From an uncultured Microthrixaceae bacterium (GTDB lineage Bacteria > Actinomycetota > Acidimicrobiia > Acidimicrobiales > DATDAH01): a stretch of 64,000 nt of DNA. Position numbers and translations under genes: made by a program. The notes under the pieces are model-generated. The model did no database searches. It was not told where the DNA came from and worked only from the letters and a program-made list of their open reading frames with translations. The stretch spans positions 10,352 to 74,351 of the forward strand of contig CAWJSC010000012.1 of assembly GCA_963845425.1 (NCBI GenBank). The letters run 5' to 3'. The first letter of the stretch is position 1. Each line of letters begins with the position of its first letter. Below are positions 23,423 to 35,851 of the stretch, one piece after another.

Positions 23423-24388
23423 GTGGCTGTCGCCGTCGAACCCCCCGCCGCCCCCGTGGGCGGCTCGGCCGCGCCGCGAACGGTGTGGCACCGGCTGTCG
23501 GGGTTCTTCTACCGGCACCGCTGGGTCAAGCTGACCCTCCTGCTCGCTCCGCCGTTGCTGTGGTTCGGGGTCTTCTACCTGGGGTCACTGGCCTCGCTGC
23601 TGTGGCAGAGCTTCTACCGGCTCGACGACTTCAGTGGGACCATCGACGAGACGATCAGCCTCGACACCTGGAAGAGCCTGTTCACCGCGGCCAACCGTGA
23701 CGTCATCCTGCGCACGGTGGCCATGGCCGCCGCCGTCACCGTCGGGGCGATCGTGGTGGCGTACCCGATCTCGTACTTCATGGCCCGGCGCGCCGGTCGC
23801 CGGGCCCGCACCGTGCTCTTCGTCTTGGTGCTCCTGCCGTTGTGGTCCAGCTACCTGGTGCGGGTCTACGCCTGGAAGCTGATCCTGGCCCAGGAGGGGG
23901 TGATGACCTGGTTCTTCGACCACCTGGCCCTGGGCTGGATCCTCGATGGCATCCTCGACCTGCCCACCATCGGTGGCTCGGGGTTGTCGGTCTCGCCGTT
24001 CGGCCAGTGGTTGGTCTTCCTCTACATCTGGCTGCCGTACATGATCCTGCCGGTCACCGCCGCGCTCGAACGGGTGCCGGGATCCCTGGAGGACGCCTCC
24101 AGCGACCTCGGGGCCCATCCCCGCACGACCTTCCGCAAGGTGATCTGGCCGCTGGCGGTGCCCGGGGTGATCGCCGGATCGATCTTCACGTTCTCCCTGA
24201 CCCTCGGCGACTACATCATCCCGACGGTCATCGGGAACTCCAGCCCGTCGATCGGCGAGAGCATCTACACCTACCAGGGCACCGCCGGGAACCTGCCCTT
24301 GGCCGCCGCATTCAGTGTCGTGCCCATCGTGATCATGGTCATCTACCTCGCGCTGGCCCGTCGGGCCGGCGCCTTCGAGAACCTGTGA
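23423..24388 (+). CDS. ABC transporter permease (PotB-like)
   Basis: LPLWSSYLVR, EAA-like loop EDASSDLGA, several TM helices. Confidence 0.9.
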   Translation: MAVAVEPPAAPVGGSAAPRTVWHRLSGFFYRHRWVKLTLLLAPPLLWFGVFYLGSLASLLWQSFYRLDDFSGTIDETISLDTWKSLFTAANRDVILRTVAMAAAVTVGAIVVAYPISYFMARRAGRRARTVLFVLVLLPLWSSYLVRVYAWKLILAQEGVMTWFFDHLALGWILDGILDLPTIGGSGLSVSPFGQWLVFLYIWLPYMILPVTAALERVPGSLEDASSDLGAHPRTTFRKVIWPLAVPGVIAGSIFTFSLTLGDYIIPTVIGNSSPSIGESIYTYQGTAGNLPLAAAFSVVPIVIMVIYLALARRAGAFENL

Positions 24389-25245
24389 TGCGGTCCGGCG
24401 TCGGCGACTGGAGCCTCAAGGCCGCGGTCGTCGGGGTCCTGATGTTCCTGCACTTCCCGCTCCTGATCGTGGTGCTCTACGCCTTCACCACCCAGGACGC
24501 GGCCTTCACCTTCCCGCCGCCGGGCCTGACCACGAAGTGGTTCGGCCAGGCCCTCGACACGCCCGAGCTCTGGGAGGCGATGCGCCTGTCCATCGTGGTG
24601 GCCCTGGTGGCCGCGATGGCGGCCATGGTCCTCGGGTCCATGGCCGCCGCCGCGGTGGGACGCTTCCGCTTCTTCGGCAAGGAGAGCATCTCGGTCTTCC
24701 TGGTGCTGCCCCTGGCCCTGCCCGGGATCATCACCGGCATCGCCATCCGGTCCGCCATCAACATCGCCGACGTGCCCTTCTCCTTCTGGACGATCGTGGT
24801 CGGCCACGGGACCTTCTGTGTGGTGGTCGTCTACAACAACGTCCTGGCCCGTTTGTACCAGACCTCGGGATCGGTGGTCGAGGCCAGCCAGGACCTCGGC
24901 GCCTCCGGCGTCCAGACGCTGCGCCACGTGCTCCTGCCCACGGTCGGCACCGCCCTGCTGGCCGGCGGGATGCTGGCGTTCGCCCTGTCCTTCGACGAGG
25001 TCATCGTCACCCTCTTCACCACCGGCCCTGGGCAGGAGACACTGCCCATCTGGATCTTCCGCAGCCTGTTCAAGCCCCGCGACCGACCGCTCACCAACGT
25101 GGCCGCCATCGTGGTCGTCGCGTTGACCTTCGTCCCCATCCTCCTCGCCGAGCGCATGAGCCGCGGCGCCGGCCTCCTGCCCCACCAGGTCGAGGACATC
25201 GAGCCCGAACCCCTCGACCCCGAGCCGGAGCCTGCCGCGGTCTGA
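24388..25245 (+). CDS. ABC transporter permease (PotC-like)
   Basis: TGATG overlap; EASQDLGA, FALSFDE, TLPIWIF. Confidence 0.9.
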   Translation: MRSGVGDWSLKAAVVGVLMFLHFPLLIVVLYAFTTQDAAFTFPPPGLTTKWFGQALDTPELWEAMRLSIVVALVAAMAAMVLGSMAAAAVGRFRFFGKESISVFLVLPLALPGIITGIAIRSAINIADVPFSFWTIVVGHGTFCVVVVYNNVLARLYQTSGSVVEASQDLGASGVQTLRHVLLPTVGTALLAGGMLAFALSFDEVIVTLFTTGPGQETLPIWIFRSLFKPRDRPLTNVAAIVVVALTFVPILLAERMSRGAGLLPHQVEDIEPEPLDPEPEPAAV

Positions 25246-25266
25246 CTCGTCGGGCCGCCGACGTCG

Positions 25267-25416
25267 TACTGGCGCCCGATTCTGGGGCTATGGGCCCAGA
25301 ATCAGGCGCCAGAATTAGGAGTGGTCACGGGGAGTGGGATTCGGCGGCGGTTCTGCCCCGGAGGACCCTCGGCGCGACCGCACGCCCCCATCCCTGCCAT
25401 CGTTTCCCTGCGGCCC
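25267..25416. repeat. interspersed repeat family A, hairpin plus right arm
   Basis: 44-nt hairpin 25269-25312, GTGGGATTCGG, and acgcccccatccctgccatcg (exact reverse complement of part of the 19201 left arm). Confidence 0.8.
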
Positions 25417-25453
25417 AACGGGCTGAACCTTCCCGCGGACGAGGCCGAGGCGC

Positions 25454-26134
25454 CTACGGCGTGGTGGCGACCTCGATGCGGTCCTGGCGCCACTCCCGCG
25501 CGGCGGCGAGGGCGGCGTCGGCCTGGGTCAGGATCTCGCCGGCGTCGAAGGCATGGGCCGGGTAGCAGGCCACGCCGGCCCAGAGGGTGAGGCCGCTGCT
25601 GACCCCGGCGATGTGGCGCCGGATGCGCTCGACGGTCCAGATGGCGCCGTTCTCCGGGGTGTCCTCGAGCACGAGGCCGAAGCGGCCATCGGTCATGCGG
25701 CAGGCCGTGTCGGCATCGCGGATGGTGGCGCTGATGCTGTCGGCCACCGTGCGGGGGGCGGCCGTGCGGGGGCTGCCGTCGGCCACGCCTTCGACCACCT
25801 CGATGAGCACGACCGCGACGGGGCGGAGGTGGCGGCGGGCCGCCGAGAGCCGGGCGTCGAGGGCGACGTCGAAGTACTCCTGGCTGAACAAGCCGGTGGA
25901 GTGGTCGGTCAGGGTGTTGGACGAGGCCTCGGGCAGCGGGGCCGCCGGGGCGGGGCCACTCTCCTCGTCCTCCAAGGAGTCCACGCGCGAGGCGACCTCG
26001 TCGAGCTTGGCCGTGGCCTGGCGCAGGCGCCGGACCAGCACGACTACCGCTGCGACAGCGAGGATCGACGCCAGTGCCGCTATTGCCCCGAAGACGATCA
26101 TCAACACCTGACCCTGTTCTGTCGCGAAAATCAC
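25454..26134 (-). CDS. membrane-anchored degenerate GGDEF-domain protein
   Basis: TM helix, coiled coil, LTDHSTGL, IRDAD then MTDGRF in place of GGDEF, GVA, ADAAL; start GTG 26134 (or ATG 26146). Confidence 0.85.
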   Translation of the reverse strand: MIFATEQGQVLMIVFGAIAALASILAVAAVVVLVRRLRQATAKLDEVASRVDSLEDEESGPAPAAPLPEASSNTLTDHSTGLFSQEYFDVALDARLSAARRHLRPVAVVLIEVVEGVADGSPRTAAPRTVADSISATIRDADTACRMTDGRFGLVLEDTPENGAIWTVERIRRHIAGVSSGLTLWAGVACYPAHAFDAGEILTQADAALAAAREWRQDRIEVATTP

Positions 26135-26166
26135 CTGGTCCTCCATCGGCGCGGACGGCGCTCGAA

Positions 26167-28131
26167 TCAAGGCCGGGAACCGCTCAGCGTGAGCTCGGCC
26201 AGCTCGGCCATGAGGGTGCCCAGCTCGAAGTCCTTCGGCGTGTACACCGCCGCCACCCCGGCCGCGAGGAGCACGGGCTGGTCCTCGGGTGGGATGATCC
26301 CACCCACGACGACCGGGGCCTTCACCCCGGCCTCCCGGAGCAGGCCCAGCACCTCGGGCACCAGCTCGAGGTGGCTGCCCGAGAGGATGGAGAGCCCGAT
26401 CACGTCCACGTCCTCGTCCCGGGCGACCGCGGCGATCTGCTCCGGGGTCAGGCGGATGCCTTGATAGATGACCTCGAAGCCGGCATCCCGGCCCGCAACG
26501 GCGATCTGCTCGGCCCCGTTGGAGTGGCCGTCGAGGCCCGGCTTGGCCACCAGGAGGCGGGGCGGGCCACCGGGGCGGGCCTGCAGCTCGGTGGCGATGG
26601 CCCGGAGGGCGTCGGTGGCACCACCGCGGGCACCGGCCACGCCGGTGGGGGCCCGGTACTCGCCGAAGGCCTCCCGCAGGGTCTCGGCCCACTCGCCCGT
26701 CGTGCCCCCGGCGTGGGCCATGGCGATCGTCGCGTCCATGATGTTCTCACTGGTGCCGGCCACGCGGGCGAGCTCGTCGAGTGCCCGCTTCACGGCGTCG
26801 GCGTCCCGGTTGCTGCGCCACTCGGCCAGCTCGGCGACTTGGGTGTCCTGCACGGCAGGGTCGACCCGCAGGATGCTCTCGGCCCCGCCGAGCGGCGACT
26901 CGGCGGTCTCGGTGTAGGCGTTGACCCCGACCACGGTGAGGTCACCGGACTCGATCCGGCGCATCCGTTCGACGTGGGAGCCGACCAACCGGGTCTTCAG
27001 CTCGTCGATGGCCTCGAAGGCGCCGCCGAGTGACAGGACGTCGTCGAGCTCGGCCGTGGCCTCGTCGAGCAGCTCCTTGGTCCGAGCCTCGACCACGTGG
27101 GAGCCGTCGAACAGGTCCTCGTACTCGAGCAGGTCGGTCTCGTAGGCCAACACCTGCTGGATGCGCAGGGACCACTGCTGGTCCCAGGGTCGGGGCAGCC
27201 CCAGGGCCTCGTTCCACGCCGGGAGCTGGATGGACCGGGCCCGGGCGTTCTTGGAGAGGGTCACACCGAGGGCCTCGAGCACGATGCGCTGGACGTTGTT
27301 CTCGGGCTGGGCCTCGGTCAGCCCCAGCGAGTTGACCTGTACGCCGTAGCGGAAGCGCCGGGCCTTGGGGTCCTGGACCCCGTACCGCTCGAGGCAGAGC
27401 CGGTCCCACAGCTCGGTCATCGCCCGCAGCTTGCAGGTCTCCTCGACGAAGCGGATCCCGGCGTTGACGAAGAAGCTGATCGACCCCACCACGGCGGGGA
27501 AGTCGTCCTCGGCCACCTGACCCGACTCGCGCACGGCGTCGAGGACGCCGACCGCGGTGGCCATGGCGTAGGCGATCTCCTGCACCGGCGTGGCCCCGGC
27601 CTCCTGCAGGTGGTACGAGCAGACGTTGATCGGGTTCCACCTGGGGATGTGGGCGGCGCAGTAGGCGACCATGTCGACGATCAGCCGACGGCTGGGCAGG
27701 GGCGGGAAGATGTAGGTGCCCCGGGACAGGTATTCCTTGACGATGTCGTTCTGGGTCGTGCCCCGTAGCGCCTCGCTGGGGACCCCGTGTTCCTCGGCGT
27801 GGGCCACGTAGAGGCCGAGCAGCCAGGCGGCAGTGGCGTTGATCGTCATGGACGTGTTCATCTCGCCTACGGGGATGCCGTCCAGCAGTTGGCGCATGTG
27901 GCCCAGGTGGGCCACGGGCACGCCCACCTTGCCCACCTCGCCCCGGGCCAGGGGGTGGTCGGGGTCGTAGCCGGTCTGGGTGGGCAGGTCGAAGGCCACC
28001 GACAGCCCGGTCTGGCCCTGGCCCAGGTTCTGGCGGTACAGGGCGTTGGACGCGGCGGCCGAACTGTGGCCGGAGTAGGTCCGCATGAGCCACGGGCGGT
28101 CGCGCTCGTGGTGGGCCTCGTCGGTGGTCAC
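26167..28131 (-). CDS. meaA: B12-dependent acyl-CoA mutase, MeaA/ethylmalonyl-CoA mutase type
   Basis: RDRPWLMRTYSGHS, GLSVAFDLPTQTGYD, CSYHLQEAGA, B12 motif KPGLDGHSNG. Confidence 0.88.
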   Translation of the reverse strand: MTTDEAHHERDRPWLMRTYSGHSSAAASNALYRQNLGQGQTGLSVAFDLPTQTGYDPDHPLARGEVGKVGVPVAHLGHMRQLLDGIPVGEMNTSMTINATAAWLLGLYVAHAEEHGVPSEALRGTTQNDIVKEYLSRGTYIFPPLPSRRLIVDMVAYCAAHIPRWNPINVCSYHLQEAGATPVQEIAYAMATAVGVLDAVRESGQVAEDDFPAVVGSISFFVNAGIRFVEETCKLRAMTELWDRLCLERYGVQDPKARRFRYGVQVNSLGLTEAQPENNVQRIVLEALGVTLSKNARARSIQLPAWNEALGLPRPWDQQWSLRIQQVLAYETDLLEYEDLFDGSHVVEARTKELLDEATAELDDVLSLGGAFEAIDELKTRLVGSHVERMRRIESGDLTVVGVNAYTETAESPLGGAESILRVDPAVQDTQVAELAEWRSNRDADAVKRALDELARVAGTSENIMDATIAMAHAGGTTGEWAETLREAFGEYRAPTGVAGARGGATDALRAIATELQARPGGPPRLLVAKPGLDGHSNGAEQIAVAGRDAGFEVIYQGIRLTPEQIAAVARDEDVDVIGLSILSGSHLELVPEVLGLLREAGVKAPVVVGGIIPPEDQPVLLAAGVAAVYTPKDFELGTLMAELAELTLSGSRP

Positions 28132-28180
28132 CCCCCCATCGTCCCGCGTGGCGCCCGGCCGTGTCACGCCCGGCGGGGGA

Positions 28181-28843
28181 TCAGCGCTGGAATGCGTCCG
28201 GCAGGGGGTGCTCCAGGGCGTCACCGAGGCGGCGCAGATACTCGGCCCGGGGGAGGTCGACCGCGCCCAGGCTGACGAGGTGGGGCGTGGTCCACTGGAC
28301 GTCGAGCAGGGTGGCACCGCCGAGGCGCAGGACCTCGACCAGGCGGACCAAGGCCGCCTTCGACGCATCGGGCCGGCGGTGGAACATGGACTCGCCGGCG
28401 AAGAAGCCGCCGACGGCCACGCCGTAGAGGCCACCGACCAGCTCGCCGTCCTCCCAGGCCTCCACGCTGTGGGCCCAGCCGAGCCGGTGGAGTTGGGTGT
28501 AGGCGTCCCGGATGTCGGCATTGATCCAGCCGTGGGGCCGGGACGGGTCGGCACAGGCCGCGATGACCCTGACGAAGTCCCGGTCGACGCTGAACTCGAG
28601 CCGCCCGACGGCCTTGCGGAGTGACCGGGACACCTTGAGTCCGTCGAGCGGGAGCACGCCGCGCGGGTCGGGGGACCACCACGCCAACGCCCCGCCGTCG
28701 ACGTGCATGGGGAACAAGCCGGACCGGTAGGCGGCGAGCAGGGTGCCCGGCGCCAGGTCGGCTCCGATGCCGACCACTCCCCGCTCGTCGGCCGTCACCG
28801 GTGAGGGCAACGCCCAGGGTGACGGCGCGGGCTCGATCGGCAC
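28181..28843 (-). CDS. aat: leucyl/phenylalanyl-tRNA--protein transferase
   Basis: AYRSGLFP, WWSPDPR, AHSVEAW, GGLYGV, GESMFH, DASK. Confidence 0.95.
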   Translation of the reverse strand: MPIEPAPSPWALPSPVTADERGVVGIGADLAPGTLLAAYRSGLFPMHVDGGALAWWSPDPRGVLPLDGLKVSRSLRKAVGRLEFSVDRDFVRVIAACADPSRPHGWINADIRDAYTQLHRLGWAHSVEAWEDGELVGGLYGVAVGGFFAGESMFHRRPDASKAALVRLVEVLRLGGATLLDVQWTTPHLVSLGAVDLPRAEYLRRLGDALEHPLPDAFQR

Positions 28844-28868
28844 ATCCGGGTTCTACCCGGACGTCAGG

Positions 28869-29723
28869 TCAACGGGAGTACTCGTAGAAGCCCTGGCCGG
28901 TCTTACGGCCGAGCTGGTCGGCGGCGACCATGCGCCGCAGGAGGGGGACGGCGGCGTAGTGCGGGTCCCGGAACTCGTCGTAGAGGGCGTCCAGGATCGA
29001 CACCGAGGTGTCGAGGCCGACCAGGTCCAGCAACTCGAGGGGCCCCATCGGGAAGTTGCAGCCGCCCTTCATGGCCGTGTCGATGTCCTCGCGGCTGGCG
29101 GTCCCGTTCTCCAGCAGGCGCACGGCGTTGTTCAGATAGGGGAAGAGCAGGGCGTTCACGATGAACCCGGCCTGGTCCTTCACCTCGACGGGGGCCTTGC
29201 CGCAGGCTTCGGCGAACGCCTTCGCCGCGGCGACGGTCTCGTCGGCGGCGGTCAGCGGCCGGATGACCTCGACGAGGTTCATCGCCGGCGCCGGGTTGAA
29301 GAAGTGGATCCCGCACACCCGGCTGGGGTTGTGGACCTCGACGGCCATCTCGATGACGGCGAGGGTCGAGGTGTTGGTGGCCAGGATCGCGTCGTCGCGG
29401 CAGACCTGGTTGAGCTCGACGAACAGGGCCTTCTTGGTGTCCAGGTCCTCGATGACGGACTCGATCACCAGGTCGCAGTCGGCCAGGTCCTTGAGCACCG
29501 AGGTGGCGGTGATGCGCCCGAGGGTGGCGTCGCGGTCGGCCTCTTCCATCCGTCCCTTCTCGACCAGGCGGTTCAGGCCCTTCTCCAGCGAGGCCAGGGT
29601 GGCGTCGGCCGTGGCCTGCTGGCGGGAGCGCAGGACCACCTCGTAACCGGCCTGGGCCGCCACCTGGGCGATGCCCGCCCCCATGATCCCCGACCCGATG
29701 ACACCGACACGCGTGATCTCCAT
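28869..29723 (-). CDS. 3-hydroxybutyryl-CoA dehydrogenase
   Basis: GSGIMGAGIAQ, TNTSTL, GIHFFNP, GFIVN, PMGPLELLDLVGLD, GRKTGQGFY. Confidence 0.93.
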   Translation of the reverse strand: MEITRVGVIGSGIMGAGIAQVAAQAGYEVVLRSRQQATADATLASLEKGLNRLVEKGRMEEADRDATLGRITATSVLKDLADCDLVIESVIEDLDTKKALFVELNQVCRDDAILATNTSTLAVIEMAVEVHNPSRVCGIHFFNPAPAMNLVEVIRPLTAADETVAAAKAFAEACGKAPVEVKDQAGFIVNALLFPYLNNAVRLLENGTASREDIDTAMKGGCNFPMGPLELLDLVGLDTSVSILDALYDEFRDPHYAAVPLLRRMVAADQLGRKTGQGFYEYSR

Positions 29724-29822
29724 AAGGGCGGCGATGTTACCGACGGGTAGCTTGTGGCGTCACATTGCTGCGTGAGCTTGCTCCGCTCCGCAGCGTCGAT
29801 GAGGCGGATACGTTCCCCGGCG

Positions 29823-30347
29823 ATGGGAATCGCGGATTCGATGCTGCCCCGGGGGTACCTGCGGACCCTGCCGCCGCGGGCCCGCACGGTGGTCAAGGAG
29901 CACCGCCGCCGCCTCCTGCGCGACGTGGGCGGTCGGGTGCTGGACCTCGGCGGGGATCCCGGCCACCTGCCGCTCTACCCGGCCTCCGCCGAAGTGGTCA
30001 CCGACGACGGTGACGGCCTCTTCGACCACATCGTGTCCATCCTCCACCTCACCGGCCTGGCCGATCCGGCCGCGGCGCTGGACCGGGCCCGGGAGCACCT
30101 GGCGCCCGACGGCGCCCTCGTGTTCCTGGAGCCGGTCGCCGATCCCGGCTTCGGCGGCCGGGGGCAACGGCTGGTCGCCCCCGCCGTCGGCCGGCTGGCT
30201 GGGTGGCGTCCCGATCGCGACGTCCCGGCGCTGGTGCGCGACGCTCATCTGGTCATGAGCGAACTGGTCCGCACCCCTATGCCCCGCTACGTGTGGCCCC
30301 TGACCGAGCTGGTCGAGGGCCGCGCCCGCCACCGGGTGGCACGGTGA
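29823..30347 (+). CDS. class I SAM-dependent methyltransferase-like protein (short)
   Basis: GRVLDLGGDPG motif I, FDHIVS, LAPDGALVFLE; start uncertain. Confidence 0.65.
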   Translation: MGIADSMLPRGYLRTLPPRARTVVKEHRRRLLRDVGGRVLDLGGDPGHLPLYPASAEVVTDDGDGLFDHIVSILHLTGLADPAAALDRAREHLAPDGALVFLEPVADPGFGGRGQRLVAPAVGRLAGWRPDRDVPALVRDAHLVMSELVRTPMPRYVWPLTELVEGRARHRVAR

Positions 30348-31021
30348 CCGGGACGGTCGGCCCGCTGGCCCTCGTCGGCGGCCTGCCCTTCACCGCCGGG
30401 TGCGCCTTCGACGGGGGCCTGCTGGCGGCCAGCGGCGGCGACGAGGTCCTGGTGGTGCCGACCGCGGCCGCCTACGAGCACCCCCAGCGCGAGGTGGAGG
30501 CCGCCACGGCCCATTTCGACGGACTGGGTGGCCGGGTCGTCGGCCTGGACCTGCTCACCCGGCGTGAGGCCATGGACCCCTCGGTCGCCGAGCAGGTCCG
30601 GGCCGCCCGGTTCCTCTACCTGAGCGGTGGCTCGCCGATGCACCTGCGCTCGGTGGTCAAGGACAGCCCCGTGTGGGACGCGCTGGTCGCCGCCTGGCGG
30701 GACGGGGCCGTGGTCGCCGCCGCCTCGGGGGCCGCTCGCGTCCTGTGTGACCCGATGGTCGACCCCCGCGGGGGCGCCTTCACCGTGGGCCTCGGCCTGC
30801 TCGCGGACCTGGCGGTCATCCCGCACCACAACGAGTGGTCCGAGGACAAGGCCCACCGGACGCTCCTGCTCGCCCCGGCGAACCTGCTGGTGGTGGGCAT
30901 CGACGACGCCACCGCGCTGATCCGCGATCCCGACGGCACCTGGCGGATCGAGGGGGTCGGCTCGGTCGCGGTGTTCCGGGCACGCACCGAGGTCGGCCTG
31001 GAGGCCCTCCCGACGAACTGA
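30344..31021 (+). CDS. peptidase S51/cyanophycinase-like protein
   Basis: LALVGG, VVPTAAA, LYLSGG, AASGAA nucleophile region, IPH, GIDDATAL. Confidence 0.8.
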   Translation: MTGTVGPLALVGGLPFTAGCAFDGGLLAASGGDEVLVVPTAAAYEHPQREVEAATAHFDGLGGRVVGLDLLTRREAMDPSVAEQVRAARFLYLSGGSPMHLRSVVKDSPVWDALVAAWRDGAVVAAASGAARVLCDPMVDPRGGAFTVGLGLLADLAVIPHHNEWSEDKAHRTLLLAPANLLVVGIDDATALIRDPDGTWRIEGVGSVAVFRARTEVGLEALPTN

Positions 31022-31030
31022 CCCGTCGGG

Positions 31031-31810
31031 TCAGCTCTCCTCGATGGTGACCGAGTTGATGGTGACGGGCTCACTGGGGGCGCCGCCCGCGTCCAGGGCG
31101 AGGATGGCTCGCACCACCTCGAGGCCGGCGGCGTCGGTGTCGCCGAAGACGACGTAGCTGCCGTCGGCGTTCAGGTTCTCAGCGGCGTCGTTGGCCACGA
31201 AGAAGAACTGGGCGCTGGCGCTGTCCGGCGCCTCGCTCCGGGCCATGACCAGCTGGCCCGCCTCGTAGGTGAAGCCGTCGCCCTCGTCGGGGATCGTGTA
31301 GCCGGGGTCCGACGTGTTGTCCTGGCCACCGCCCTGGATGATCCCGATCGACGGGTCGGTCCGGAAGACCGGGGTCCCGTCGTAGTAGCCGTACCGGGAG
31401 AGGACGACGAAGTTGTTCACCGTGTCGGGCGTGTTCTGGGTGTCGAGGGCGACCCGGATCTCCCCCTGGGTCGTGTCGAACACCGCCGTGTAGCTCTTGG
31501 TCGGGTCGATGCAGGTCGGTGGTGCCTCCGAGAAGGCCCGAACCGACTCGTCGACCCCGTCGACGGGGGGGCAGGGCGTCGGGGCAGGCAGCGCCGTGGT
31601 CGTGGGGGCGGGTGCGGTGGACGAGGAGGCTGCCTCCTCGTCGTCACCGGTGAGCTGGGAGTAGCCGAACAGCAGGGCGAGGGCGACGACCGCGATGCCG
31701 CCGTAGCGGATCAGGCGGCGGCGGCCGGCCTGGCGCTTCTCCCACTTGCGCAGTTCCTCCTGCTGGAGGCGATGCCCTTGCTTCTGCCGTTGCCGCTTCT
31801 CGGTGCCCAT
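31031..31810 (-). CDS. membrane-anchored cyclophilin-type peptidyl-prolyl isomerase
   Basis: basic N-terminus plus TM helix; TVNNFVVL..GYYDG..FR, IQGG, GYTIPDE, SAQFF, YVVFG. Confidence 0.9.
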   Translation of the reverse strand: MGTEKRQRQKQGHRLQQEELRKWEKRQAGRRRLIRYGGIAVVALALLFGYSQLTGDDEEAASSSTAPAPTTTALPAPTPCPPVDGVDESVRAFSEAPPTCIDPTKSYTAVFDTTQGEIRVALDTQNTPDTVNNFVVLSRYGYYDGTPVFRTDPSIGIIQGGGQDNTSDPGYTIPDEGDGFTYEAGQLVMARSEAPDSASAQFFFVANDAAENLNADGSYVVFGDTDAAGLEVVRAILALDAGGAPSEPVTINSVTIEES

Positions 31811-31868
31811 ACGGGCCATGAACGTAGTGGGCGGCCGTCCGCGGGCCTACGTCGGTAGCGTTGCGGAC

Positions 31869-34161
<2,293 letters not shown>

Positions 34162-34268
34162 CGGATCGCGCGCGGTTCGGCCCCGCCGGGTGGGGCCGGC
34201 TCATCGACCGTCGGGGGGGGATCGCGGGTGACGGCGGCGGCCGCCGCCGGGTACGCTCGTCGGTCCAC

Positions 34269-34342
34269 CGGGAAGTGGCGCAGCTTGGCAGCGCGCGTCG
34301 TTCGGGACGACGAGGTCGCGGGTTCAAATCCCGCCTTCCCGA
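34269..34342 (+). tRNA. tRNA-Pro (anticodon CGG); CCA not encoded
   Basis: acceptor CGGGAAG/CTTCCCG, anticodon arm CGTCG-TTCGGGA-CGACG, T-loop GGTTCAAATCC. Confidence 0.96.
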
Positions 34343-34343
34343 C

Positions 34344-35838
34344 TCAGCCGCCGATCCGGATGTTCTTGGGGCGCCAGAACTCGGCGAGGCCCTCGGGGCC
34401 GCCTTCGCGGCCGAAGCCGCTCTGCTTGACCCCGCCGAAGGGCAGGTTCGGGGCGTTGCTCGGGAAGCCGTTCACGGTGACCGTGCCGACCTCCAGGGCC
34501 CGGGCGACCCGGTGGGCCCGGGCGAGGTCCCGGGTGTGCACGTAGGCGGCCAGGCCATAGGGCAGGGCGTTGGCCCGGGCCACGACCTCGTCCTCGTCGG
34601 TGAAGCTCAGGACGCTGAGCACGGGGCCGAACACCTCGTGCCGGGCCACGTCGAGATCGTCGGTCACCCCCGTGAGGACGGTCGGGGCCAGGAACCAGCC
34701 CCCGCTCAGCTCGTCGCCCAGATCGTCGGCGCCCAGCGCCCAGCGCCCGTCCGCCCGTGCGCAGCGTGGCGCCCCGGGCCACGGCCTCGGCCACCACGCC
34801 GAGAACCCGGTCCCGGGCCGCCTCAGTGGCCAGCGGCCCCATGAGCGTCGCCGGGTCGAGGGGATCGCCGACGACGGCGGCGTCGATCTGCACGACCAGG
34901 CGCTCCAGGACCTCGTCGGCGACGGCCTCGTGGATGAACAGCCGGGTGGGCAGGGCGCAGCCCTGGCTGCTGAGGAGCACGGCGCCGAGGAGGCCCGCGT
35001 TGGTCGCCGCAACCTCGAGGTCGGCGTCGGGGAACACGATGTTGGCTGACTTGCCCCCCAGCTCGAGGGTGACGGGGGTCAGGGCCTCGGCCGCCCCGGT
35101 CATCACGTCCTGGGCGGCGGCGGCCCCGCCCGTGAAGGTGATCTTGTCCACGCCCGGGTGACGGACCAGCGCCGCTCCCGCGACGGCGCCGCCGACCACG
35201 ACGTTGACCACCCCGGGCGGGAACCCCGCCTCGAGGGCCAGCTCGGCGAACCGGAGCGCCCCGAACGGCGCGATCTCCGGGGGTTTGGCCACGACCGTGT
35301 TGCCGGCAGCCAGAGCGGGAGCCGCCTTCTGGCCCATTCCCATCATCGGCCCGTTCCACGGCACGACGGCGGCGACCACCCCGTAGGGCTCGGGCAGGGC
35401 GTAGTCGAGGACGCCCCCGGCCCCCGGGCGTACCCGCCCGTCCAGCTTGTCGACCCAGCCCCCGTAGTACCGGACCCAGCGGGCGGTGGCCCGTCCGGGG
35501 TCGAGGGCCGACACGGGCGTGCCGTTGTCCACCGCGGTCAGCGCGGCCGCGTCCGCCCGCTCGGCGTCGAGCAGGTCGGCCAAGCGGTCGAGGAGGGCGG
35601 CTCGGCGGTGCGGAGCGAGGGCCCGCCAGGCCGGGAGGGCGGCGCGGGCGACGTCCACCGCGTCGTCGACCTCGGTCGGCCCGGCCAGGCCCAGGTCGGC
35701 CACTGCCCGGCCGGTGCCGGGGTCGCGGTGGGTGTGGAGCGGCCCGGAGGCGGCGGGGCGTCGCTCGGCGCCGATGAGGTGACCCCGGGCGGCCAGGTCC
35801 CGGGCCAGTGCGAGGGCGTGCTCCCGGTCGACGGTCAC
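34344..35838 (-). pseudogene. aldehyde dehydrogenase, frameshifted by a 7-bp duplication
   Basis: N-half (PWNGP, ELGGKS, QGC) and C-half (EVFGP, PFGGVKQSGFGREGG) are in different frames; GCCCAGC x2 at 34731-34744. Confidence 0.88.
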
Positions 35839-35851
35839 TCGAGCGTGGAGG

